A DNA stretch of 64,000 nt from contig CAXXLL010000003.1 of assembly GCA_963662545.2 (NCBI GenBank), positions 608,001 to 672,000 on the forward strand. The letters run 5' to 3'. Origin of the DNA: Gammaproteobacteria bacterium. Lineage in GTDB: Bacteria > Pseudomonadota > Gammaproteobacteria > Ga0077536. The notes beneath the pieces were generated by a model. That model was not told the DNA's origin, did no database searches, and was given only the letters and a program-made list of their open reading frames with translations. The position numbers and the translations under genes were made by a program. Of the stretch, positions 11,116 to 19,831 are shown piece by piece (positions within the stretch are counted from its first letter, which is position 1; each line of letters opens with the position of its first letter).

Positions 11116-12324
11116 ATGGCAGGACTGCTCGAAGGCCTACGTGTAATCGAGGTTGCGACGTTCGTATTCGCGCCCGCGGCCGGCACCGTGCTGTCGGACT
11201 TTGGGGCAGAGGTCATCCACGTCGAACCACCCGGCATCGGTGATCCTTATCGCATGCTAACGAGAATGCGGCCACTGCCCGAATGCGAAGAAAATTATTG
11301 CTGGTTGCTCGACTCGCGTAATAAGAAAAGTGTCGTACTCGATTTAAAGCGCGAGGAGGGTCATGCCGTGCTCCTGGACCTGATTCGAGGGGCCGATATT
11401 TTCATAACGAATTATCATCCGTCGGTGCTCGAGGAACTGCAATTGAGCTACGCGACGCTCGCGGCGGAAAACGACCGTTTGATCTATGCTCACGGCACCG
11501 GCTACGGCGAGATCGGCAGCGAGGTTGAAAAACCAGGTTACGACGCCACCGCGTGGTGGGCACGGTCCGGCTTGATGGATGCGGTGCGTCCAGGCGGGGG
11601 TGAACTCGCGCTGGCGACCGCGGGTATGGGTGATCACCCCAGTTCAATCTCCATCGTCGCAGGCATCTCGCTTGCCCTTTACGCGCGCGAGCGCACCGGG
11701 CGGGGAACGAAGGTGTCGAGCTCGCTCACCGCTAACGGCGCTTGGGCGAACAGCATCTTAATCCAGGCCGCGCTATGCGGTGGCAAGAGCTATGTGCCGC
11801 CGACGCAGGTCGGCACCTCCAACGCGCTGCTAAACCACTACTGTGCCGCCGACGGGCGTTCATTCTTTCTCGTCATCATCAAGGAAGCCGACGAGTTCGA
11901 ACAGTTCTGTAACGCGATCGAGCGGCCCGATCTCATCACCGACCCCCGTTTCGAAAAGCTTGAAGACCGCCGTGCCAATGCATCCGACCTCGTGCGAATC
12001 CTCTCAGATTGGTTTGCCGCGAGGCCTCTCGCACAGTGGCAGCGGATATTCGAGGAAAACGCGATTACGTTCGGCTCGATCGCAACCTGTGACGAGGCGG
12101 CGGCTGATCGCCAAATGGAATGCAACGGCGTCTTCGTCGATATGGAGGGCCGTCCCGGCACGCGCGTGATCGACAGCCCCATCGCGCTCAGCGACTTTCC
12201 CAAGTGCACGCCGCGACCGCCGCCAGAACTCGGAGAGCACAGCGTCGCCGTGCTTCGCAACCTCGGTTACGACCAAAGCCGCATCGCCGCACTGCTGGAA
12301 TCGGGCGTGATCGGAGAAGGCTGA
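11116..12324 (+). CDS. Family III CoA transferase (CaiB/BaiF)
   Basis: LEGLRVIE...FGAEVIHVEPP...GDP, RNKKS, catalytic Asp in GMGD, PELGEH; SD AGGAGA. Confidence 0.92.
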   Translation: MAGLLEGLRVIEVATFVFAPAAGTVLSDFGAEVIHVEPPGIGDPYRMLTRMRPLPECEENYCWLLDSRNKKSVVLDLKREEGHAVLLDLIRGADIFITNYHPSVLEELQLSYATLAAENDRLIYAHGTGYGEIGSEVEKPGYDATAWWARSGLMDAVRPGGGELALATAGMGDHPSSISIVAGISLALYARERTGRGTKVSSSLTANGAWANSILIQAALCGGKSYVPPTQVGTSNALLNHYCAADGRSFFLVIIKEADEFEQFCNAIERPDLITDPRFEKLEDRRANASDLVRILSDWFAARPLAQWQRIFEENAITFGSIATCDEAAADRQMECNGVFVDMEGRPGTRVIDSPIALSDFPKCTPRPPPELGEHSVAVLRNLGYDQSRIAALLESGVIGEG

Positions 12325-13496
12325 TGATAAGAACGATTCGCGACCAGGCCTGCATCGTGGGCGTGGGTCATACCGAATACTCGAGCGATTCGGGGCGTAG
12401 CGAGATGAAGCTCGCGTGCGAGGCGATCCGGGCGGCGATGGACGACGCGGGGCTCGGTCCCGAAGACATCGACGGCATTGCCAAATACACCATGGACAAC
12501 AATGATCCCGTCCTGATCGCGAAGAACCTGCGCTTGCCGCGCCTTAACTTCGCTGCCGAGGTGTCCTATGGCGGTGGCGGCGGACCGGTCGGCACTGTAC
12601 TGCTGGCGGCGATGGCCGTGGCAACGGGCCAGGCTCAGGCAGTGGCAGCGTTTCGCGCGATGAACGAACGTTCGGGACGCGGCACGCCGCGGTACGGCCA
12701 GGGATCAACCGAACCTGGCGCGGGCGGGGTCCAGAGTTACCACGCCCCTTATGGCCTGTTCAGCCCGGCGCAGATGGTAGCCCTCGCGGCGCACCGACAC
12801 ATGCATCTCTACGGCACCGAATCGATTCACTTCGGCGAGATCGCCGTCGCCTGCCGTCATCACGCCAATCACAATCCGGACGCGACCATGTACGGCTGCC
12901 CCATGAGCTTGGACGATCATCAGAGTTCACGCATGATTTCGACGCCCTTGCACTTGTTCGACTGCTGTCTCGAATCCGACGGTGGTGCGGCCGTCATCGT
13001 GACGACGCCGGAGCGAGCGCGCGACCTGCGCCAACGGCCCGTCACTATCGCGGCCGGCGGCATGGGGATCGGTGCCTGGAACGATCGTTCGGTCCTCAAA
13101 AACGTCGATGCTCCTGAAACCGAATCTACCGTGATCGCGCGACACGTTTTCGAAGACGCCGGTATCGGGCATGACGATATCGACGTGCTCTTTCTTTACG
13201 ATCATTTCACGCCACTCGTTCTGATGGCGCTCGAGGAATACGGATTCTGCCGCCGCGGTGAAGGCAAGGATTTCGTCACCGGCGGCCGCCTGCAATGGCC
13301 AGACGGCGAATTGCCGCTTAATACGAGCGGCGGCAACCTTTCGGAGGGCTATCTGCACGGCATGCAGAACAACATCGAGGCGGTCCGACAGTTGCGCGGC
13401 CAATCGCGCTGTCAGGTTGAAGGCGCCGAGTATGCGTTCGTCGCTTCCGGCAACGCGGTGCCGACGACAGCAATGATCTTGAGGCGTGACGGATGA
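12324..13496 (+). CDS. Ltp2/SCP2-thiolase-like protein (probable retro-aldolase)
   Basis: TGATG coupling; LYDHFTP and NTSGGNLSEGYLHG motifs; Gly-rich segment where thiolases have the catalytic Cys. Confidence 0.88.
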   Translation: MIRTIRDQACIVGVGHTEYSSDSGRSEMKLACEAIRAAMDDAGLGPEDIDGIAKYTMDNNDPVLIAKNLRLPRLNFAAEVSYGGGGGPVGTVLLAAMAVATGQAQAVAAFRAMNERSGRGTPRYGQGSTEPGAGGVQSYHAPYGLFSPAQMVALAAHRHMHLYGTESIHFGEIAVACRHHANHNPDATMYGCPMSLDDHQSSRMISTPLHLFDCCLESDGGAAVIVTTPERARDLRQRPVTIAAGGMGIGAWNDRSVLKNVDAPETESTVIARHVFEDAGIGHDDIDVLFLYDHFTPLVLMALEEYGFCRRGEGKDFVTGGRLQWPDGELPLNTSGGNLSEGYLHGMQNNIEAVRQLRGQSRCQVEGAEYAFVASGNAVPTTAMILRRDG

Positions 13497-13912
13497 ACAA
13501 GCCTACCGAATTTCCATATCCAATTCCCGAATTCGCCGCTGAGTATTACTGGGAAGCCTGCAACCGAGGTGAATTCCCGATGCAACGCTGCACTGCTTGC
13601 GCGCGGTATCGCTGGATGCCGGGCGCACTCTGCCCGTACTGTGACAGCGCGGATCTGGAATGGACGCCGCTTTCGGGTCGCGGAACGGTCAGCACCTGGA
13701 CGGTTGTAACGCATGCCGTACACCCCGCTGCGGTCGCTCGGGTGCCGTATATAATCGCTGAAGTAGAACTCGAGGAGCAGCCCGGCCTGCGCGTGATCAG
13801 CAATCTGGTCAAAATCGATCCCGAAGAAATCACGATAGGCCTGCCAGTCGAAGTGGAATTTCGGGAACACTCGTCGGGGCAGAAACTGCCCGTCTTCAAA
13901 CCGCGGCGATGA
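13493..13912 (+). CDS. DUF35 Zn-ribbon/OB-fold protein
   Basis: QRCTAC...CPYC, SGRGTVSTWT, PY...ELEE...IGLPV; ATGA overlap. Confidence 0.92.
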   Translation: MNKPTEFPYPIPEFAAEYYWEACNRGEFPMQRCTACARYRWMPGALCPYCDSADLEWTPLSGRGTVSTWTVVTHAVHPAAVARVPYIIAEVELEEQPGLRVISNLVKIDPEEITIGLPVEVEFREHSSGQKLPVFKPRR

Positions 13913-14137
13913 CACATGAAAACGTGTCGGAATCGGCAAAAAGCGGGCGCTTTAGTAGGTAGACTTGAAGTTCTGGTCCAGCTCGGCAGCTTCCTGTCGC
14001 GCTGATAGATTCAGCAGTGGCGCGTGGGTAATACGGAAACAGTTGAAGGTTTTCGGGAATCCCACCGACAACCCGCGCAGTTAACTGTAACTTCAGAGTG
14101 TGGTCCAATTTTATGTTCTTAACGAGAGGTTTCACCA

Positions 14138-14923
14138 GTGCCCGGCACAGCTTCAAATCAAAAATCTAAAGCATCCGAGGCCGTCTATGTATTCGGCTCC
14201 GATCTCGGCGGCACGAATGACAAGGAGACGGCCGCGTTCGCCGTGCTCGTCCATGGCGCCGACGCCAGCAACGCCAGCGGTCCAAGCGGCAACGCCTACG
14301 CCATTCCGTACCGCGACAGCAGCCGCAACCTGCTGCCGCTAGAAGTGATCACGAATTACGTCGATACGCTCCTGAACTACGTCGAAGAAAATCAGCAGAT
14401 AACGTTTCAGGTCGCCCGCTTCGGTTGTGAATCCGAAGCGCATGACGATGAAGCCATGGCGCGCCTATTTTCGAAGGCACCGAAAAACTGTCAACTCCCA
14501 GGGCGGTGGACCCGCATACTTGACCCGAAGCAAGCCGGCCGACTGCTGGTATTCGATCCGGGCGCCCACCTCATCGAAGAAAAGTGGCAGGCCCGGCTGC
14601 GCCAGTATCTGTCACTCAACGCCCCGCTCTGGAACGTACCGTCAGTCGAAATAGTGAGCGTTGGTCAGGCCCGCGCGATCGTGGCCAACGAAGCCGGCGC
14701 CAAAAGCCTGGGGCTCAAGCACCGGGTATTCGGGCCCAACGAAGCCTACTACGGTAAGAACGCCCAAATGGCCGCGGAGAACAAGGCGATCTGGTACTCG
14801 ACCCACCTGCTCAGCATGTTCGATTTCGAGATCACGGCACAGCCGCAACAAATCCGCCTGATGAGTATCGCGACACGCAGCGGGCTGACGGTCGAACAGC
14901 TCGACACGCAACTGATCGATTGA
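14138..14923 (+). CDS. Hypothetical two-domain protein: degenerate macro-like plus SLOG/DUF2493-like
   Basis: N-terminal VYVFGSDLGG...AYAIP...FQVARFGC...LPGRW; C-terminal EIVS...YGKNA...pattern; families recognised from memory. Confidence 0.6.
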   Translation: MPGTASNQKSKASEAVYVFGSDLGGTNDKETAAFAVLVHGADASNASGPSGNAYAIPYRDSSRNLLPLEVITNYVDTLLNYVEENQQITFQVARFGCESEAHDDEAMARLFSKAPKNCQLPGRWTRILDPKQAGRLLVFDPGAHLIEEKWQARLRQYLSLNAPLWNVPSVEIVSVGQARAIVANEAGAKSLGLKHRVFGPNEAYYGKNAQMAAENKAIWYSTHLLSMFDFEITAQPQQIRLMSIATRSGLTVEQLDTQLID

Positions 14924-15089
14924 AACCGGCATCGCTCGCGGTGGCTCAATGGTCTTTTATGCTTCCATGCTGGAGTAGATCGGCGGCGAAGGGCAGGTGC
15001 TCGGGATCGACGATGACCCGCGGATACGGAGTCGGCCACTAAAAAATACGTGGAGAAAGCGAAAAAGTAGTTTCCGCTACCGGAAATTC

Positions 15090-16307
15090 CTAATCGTCGT
15101 GCTGGCCGGAATCTCCAAGTACGCCCTCGGCCATGAATGAATCGATCTCCTCGACAGACAGGCCGAGTTCTGAGCGCATGACTTCGGCGGTATGCTCCCC
15201 GAGTTCGGGCGCGAGTTCGATGGGCACCTCGCTCGCGGACATCCGCGCGGGCCAACCGAGGAGTAACACATCGCGTTGATCACCCTCGCCTGAAAATCGA
15301 TGGATGAAGCCGCGCTCGTTCAGATGCGGATCGGCGAAGAGGTCCTTGGTATCGAACACGGCGCTCGCCGGCACACCTTGGTCGCAAAGCTCTTTCATCG
15401 CCTGGTGCTTGGTGCGCGCACCCGTCCAGGCGCCGATGATCTCGAGAAGTTCCGCTTTGTGCTCACGGCGCGCCGTGAGATCGACGAAGCGGGGATCAGT
15501 CTCGAGTTCGGGCTGGCCGATGGCCTTGCACAATGTGGCCCACTGCGGTTCCGTAACTGACATAAGGTAGATGTAATCGTTCGCGCCGAACGGCTTGCAG
15601 GCGAAGATAGTAATGGTCGGATCGAGCTCGTTACCAAGGCGCGGCGCGACCGCCGTCCCGCCCTTCGAGCCGAGCGCGATCATCGTCCGCATAAAATACG
15701 TGACCGATTCCTGCATGGAGAGCTCGATGTGCTGGCCTTGACCGTCGCGAAGCTTCTGGGCATAAGCGGCGGTGATGGCGAGCGCCATCTGCACGCCCGC
15801 GCCGGCGTCGCCGATTGTAGGCCCGGGCCGCATCGGCGGCCCGTCGGGCGCGCCGGTAATCGACAAGGAGCCGGCCGCGGCCTGCGCGACCATGTCGAAG
15901 CATTTGTAAGTTGAATAAGGCCCGGAAAGGCCGAAGCCCTTGATCTGCGCGTAAATGATCTCCGGATGAATGGCTTTTACCACGTCGTAGCCGATGTCGA
16001 GTTTTTCGACGACGCCCGGGCCGAAGTTCTCGATGAAAACGTCGAAACGCGGCACCATCTTGAGCAGCAGATCGCGTCCCCGTGGATCGCGCAGATTGAG
16101 TTCCACGCTGCGCTTGTTGCTGTTCCAGTTGACGAAGTATTCCGAATCGTCCCAGAAATCGCGGCTCAGGGTTCGGCCCGGGTCGCCCGTACCGGGCGGT
16201 TCGATCTTGACGACGTCGGCGCCCATCCAAGCCAGCGCCTGGGTGCAGGACGTGCCCGCCTCCCATTGGGTTAAATCGAGGATTTTCAGGCCGGTGAGTG
16301 CGGGCAT
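15090..16307 (-). CDS. Family III CoA transferase (formyl-CoA transferase-like)
   Basis: LDLTQWEAGTSCTQ, NSNKRS, catalytic Asp in TIGD, APELGEHT. Confidence 0.92.
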   Translation of the reverse strand: MPALTGLKILDLTQWEAGTSCTQALAWMGADVVKIEPPGTGDPGRTLSRDFWDDSEYFVNWNSNKRSVELNLRDPRGRDLLLKMVPRFDVFIENFGPGVVEKLDIGYDVVKAIHPEIIYAQIKGFGLSGPYSTYKCFDMVAQAAAGSLSITGAPDGPPMRPGPTIGDAGAGVQMALAITAAYAQKLRDGQGQHIELSMQESVTYFMRTMIALGSKGGTAVAPRLGNELDPTITIFACKPFGANDYIYLMSVTEPQWATLCKAIGQPELETDPRFVDLTARREHKAELLEIIGAWTGARTKHQAMKELCDQGVPASAVFDTKDLFADPHLNERGFIHRFSGEGDQRDVLLLGWPARMSASEVPIELAPELGEHTAEVMRSELGLSVEEIDSFMAEGVLGDSGQHDD

Positions 16308-16439
16308 GGGGCGGGGCTCTTTCGGCAGTGCAACAAGAGGCTCGTCATTGTGGCATCACTATCGCGATTGCGCCATATAACGTCCGTATTCCGCTACGGT
16401 TCTTGTGCACCCCGGATACCTGACCAGGCGGGGTGGTAT

Positions 16440-17657
16440 TCAAGTCTGAGAAATCGCATCGTGGCGCCGGATCTCGCGCACGACCTCACCCAGGAGGGCG
16501 ACGGCCTCCCGCAACTGATCGTCCGAAAGATAGGGCGCGGGACCGAGTCGAAGAATGTTCGCCCGGAAGTCAGTATAGACGCCGCGGCCCCGCAAATCGC
16601 TGCACAGGCGTGCGGCTTGAGATGACTCGAGCGCAAGAAACCCACCGATCGCGCTGAGCGGTACCGATCGGTTGCGATCGATGAAACCGGGATCCAACCC
16701 CAGATCGTCGAAGGCTTCTGCCATTATGCCAATTTGATGCTGGCTCACTTCGCGCAGGATTTCCGCAGTCAAGCCCTGACGTTCAAAAAAGTCGAACACC
16801 GCGGCGCCGCGGTAATGACTCGCAGGATCATAAGTCGCACCGGCGAACCGCCCGCCGCCCGTTCCATAGGCGACTTTTCGGGCCGTGCGGTCGGTCAGCG
16901 CTTCAAACTCGTTAAACCAACCCGTGATAACGGGACGGAGTTCGCAGTTGCGCGGGAAACGCATAAAGCAATTGCCCTCCCCGAGTTGGGCGTACTTGTA
17001 ACCGCCGCCAACGATGAATGCACCGTCAAGCCGTTCAGTCTTCAGCGAGAACGGGATCGCATCGAGCGCGTGATACACATCGACCAGGAGTTCGGCGCCG
17101 GCAGCGTTGCATGCCTGCGCCACCGGCCCCAGATCTGGCGCAATAAGGGCATCACTGTAGAAAACTTTCGAAACCAGCGCAGCCGCAGTTCGTTCATCGA
17201 TCTCCACGCTCAGCCGCTCCGCCAGCGAGTCGATCGGAGCATGGCGTACACGCACGATCTCGACGCCTTCTTCTTCGAGCCGGTCTAGCTGCCGCCGGAT
17301 GGAATGAAACTCGCCGTCCGTGGTTACTAACTTCGGCCGCGCGCGAAGCGGCAGCGCCGACAAAAAGCGGATGACCAGTTCGTGCGTATTCGACGCGAGA
17401 CTCATGTGCCCATCGTCGTCATCCAACAGCCGTGACCAGCCATGCCGAACCCGATCGGCCTCTTCGAACGCGCACTCCCACTTGTCATCCACGAACTTTG
17501 CCGCATCGAGCCATGCGCGGCTCTGCGCATCGAACCCGACATCGGGCCATGCCTGATGCGAGTGGCCGGTCAGAAGAAGCCGATTCGCGACCTCAAATCG
17601 CTCGTAATGGGATGCAAGGGCGTTGGGACTGCGATACAGGCTGTCGGGGTTCATCAT
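16440..17657 (-). CDS. kynU: Kynureninase
   Basis: LTGHSH, DVYH, PLP lysine GGGYKY, GWF; directly downstream of TDO. Confidence 0.88.
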   Translation of the reverse strand: MMNPDSLYRSPNALASHYERFEVANRLLLTGHSHQAWPDVGFDAQSRAWLDAAKFVDDKWECAFEEADRVRHGWSRLLDDDDGHMSLASNTHELVIRFLSALPLRARPKLVTTDGEFHSIRRQLDRLEEEGVEIVRVRHAPIDSLAERLSVEIDERTAAALVSKVFYSDALIAPDLGPVAQACNAAGAELLVDVYHALDAIPFSLKTERLDGAFIVGGGYKYAQLGEGNCFMRFPRNCELRPVITGWFNEFEALTDRTARKVAYGTGGGRFAGATYDPASHYRGAAVFDFFERQGLTAEILREVSQHQIGIMAEAFDDLGLDPGFIDRNRSVPLSAIGGFLALESSQAARLCSDLRGRGVYTDFRANILRLGPAPYLSDDQLREAVALLGEVVREIRRHDAISQT

Positions 17658-17661
17658 CGCG

Positions 17662-18438
17662 TCACAGCCGCGACCGAATTGCCCAGAGATCGGGAAAGAC
17701 CGGTTGGAACAAGGTGTTCTTCAAATACTCCGCACCGGCCGAACCGCCCGTTCCAAGTTTGGTTCCAATGGTTCGCTCGACCATCTTTACATGGCGGTAG
17801 CGCCATTCCTGCAAGCCTTCGTCGAGGTCAACCAACCGCTCACAAATGTTCGCAATCGTCGGATCATTCCGGTAGATGTCGATGAGTATCTCCTGTATTT
17901 CCTCGGACGGTTCCAATGGCTTGGTAAGGTCGCGTTCCAGCGCACGCGCCGGCACTTTGTAACCGTTGGCGCTGAGGTAGTGAACGAATGAATCCCACAG
18001 GCTACGGGCGTTGTAGCGGCTCTCCAGCCTGCCGCGCACTTGCACATCGCCGCCGTGATGCTCCAGCGCACCGTGGCGCTTCAAACCGAGCAGAAACTCG
18101 AACTCTCTAAATTGAACCGATTGAAAGCCGCTTCCCGCCTCGAGCCGTTCCCTAAAAGAGAGAAAATCGAGTGGCGTCATGGTTTCCAGAATGTCAATTT
18201 GCGCGACCATGATCTTGAGTACCGTAAGAATACGTTTGAACGTGTGCAATGCGGCTACAGAGTCGTTGCGTTCGAGCAGGTTTTGCAGATGGTCCGCCTC
18301 GTGAAGTATTTCCTTGAACCAAAGTTCATAGACCTGATGAATGATGATGAACAGCACCTCATCATGCTCGTGCGACAAAGGTCGCTGCAGATCGAGTAGT
18401 TCATCCAGTTTGAGATAATTCGAATAGCTTACCGGCAT
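17662..18438 (-). CDS. kynA: Tryptophan 2,3-dioxygenase
   Basis: HDEVLFIIIHQVYELWFK, SGFQSVQFR, GTGGSAG. Confidence 0.96.
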   Translation of the reverse strand: MPVSYSNYLKLDELLDLQRPLSHEHDEVLFIIIHQVYELWFKEILHEADHLQNLLERNDSVAALHTFKRILTVLKIMVAQIDILETMTPLDFLSFRERLEAGSGFQSVQFREFEFLLGLKRHGALEHHGGDVQVRGRLESRYNARSLWDSFVHYLSANGYKVPARALERDLTKPLEPSEEIQEILIDIYRNDPTIANICERLVDLDEGLQEWRYRHVKMVERTIGTKLGTGGSAGAEYLKNTLFQPVFPDLWAIRSRL

Positions 18439-18693
18439 TTTTCGCTGCCTGAATAGGTGTTCGGAATTACGAGATAGAATTCGATCCGCCCGCTTTTAGC
18501 AGAACGACATTTCACATCGCAAACAATAAAGCGTCCTTTCATTTGGAGCACTTATCTGCCGAGTTGCGGACTTAGCCGCGACGAATTAACGTTACGAATA
18601 ATGACGCCCTAAGATCGGCATTGGTGACATAGATTACCAAGAAGCTGCCTGAAGATGTGAGCGAGCGAACAAGCTATTGAGGTGCGGAGAGAA

Positions 18694-19278
18694 ATGAATG
18701 AATCCTACGGGACCGACCGTTCCTACAACAAAATATTCAATGTCGGCTTGAACCGCGCGGGCACGGCTTCTCTGAGCGAAGCGCTGCGCATTCTCGGGTT
18801 TCGCGCAGTGCATTTCAAGATTGACGGCCGCAGAGTGTATGACATCTGGCGGCACAACGCCGTTAACGGCCGCCCGCTCCTGTCAGGGCTCGCCGATCGA
18901 TTCGACGCCTTTTCCGATTTCGCGGCCTATGGGATTTTTGAAATTCTCGATCGACAGTATCCGCACAGCAAATTCATCGTAACCCTACGCGAACTTAAAT
19001 CGTGGCTGGCCAGCCGAGATCGGAAAGTGAACAAGAATCGCGCGGATTCAAATTATTCGTACGGATTTTATGAAATCAACCACGACCGGTGGATTTCGGA
19101 ACGGCAGCAGTTCCTTCAACGCATCAACGCTTATTTTCAATCGCGCCCCGGCGATCTCCTCACCATCGACATCCCTGCGGGTGAAGGCTGGGACGAACTC
19201 TGCGAATTTCTCGACCTGCCGGTACCTAACGCGGAGTTTCCGTTTCGCAATCGCCTGGCATCGACGGCGTCCGACTGA
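18694..19278 (+). CDS. Sulfotransferase-family protein
   Basis: IFNVGLNRAGTASLSEAL, YPHSKFIVTLR...WLAS, GWDELCEFL...FP..N; start 18682 or 18694. Confidence 0.8.
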   Translation: MNESYGTDRSYNKIFNVGLNRAGTASLSEALRILGFRAVHFKIDGRRVYDIWRHNAVNGRPLLSGLADRFDAFSDFAAYGIFEILDRQYPHSKFIVTLRELKSWLASRDRKVNKNRADSNYSYGFYEINHDRWISERQQFLQRINAYFQSRPGDLLTIDIPAGEGWDELCEFLDLPVPNAEFPFRNRLASTASD

Positions 19279-19524
19279 GCGAGCGTTCCGAATAAGGGGA
19301 CGCTTAATCATTAGCGCCGCCGTACACCTTTCGCCCGCTTGCGGCGAACCGATAATCTCCTTATCACCTTGAACGACAATTTAAAAGAAGCGCATCAAAA
19401 TCCGGCTGTAGATGCTCTGCAGCCAATGCGAGAGGCTGGGCACAGGGTGAGTCCAAAGATTGAAGGCCCGGATGCCATTCACCGATCGATGACGATACGG
19501 ATCCGGCGAGCTGACAGCAGGCTA

Positions 19525-19746
19525 CTAGTCTTCAGCTTCGCGCCGCTTACGATCTTCTTCCTGGATCTTTTCTACCCACGCTTCCGTTTCTTTTTCCACC
19601 CGTTTCCGAGTCTCGCTCCGTTTATCCTTCTTCTTATCGGGCTCTTCCTGCTCGGCCGCAGCGGCATCAGTAATGCCCACACGCCCTACATGATCGACGT
19701 CGAACGAAAGCGGAAGAATCAGTAATAGAAACAATATGATTCGCAT
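19525..19746 (-). CDS. Small putatively exported, highly charged protein
   Basis: MRIILFLLLILPLSF signal-like segment followed by an E/K/R-rich helix. Confidence 0.5.
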   Translation of the reverse strand: MRIILFLLLILPLSFDVDHVGRVGITDAAAAEQEEPDKKKDKRSETRKRVEKETEAWVEKIQEEDRKRREAED

Positions 19747-19831
19747 GGCTAAATCATAGCAGGTCATCATTTTTTGTGCGGTGGCCTTGGTCCAGATCCG
19801 GCCATCTCATTGGGATTACACGATTTTCCGT

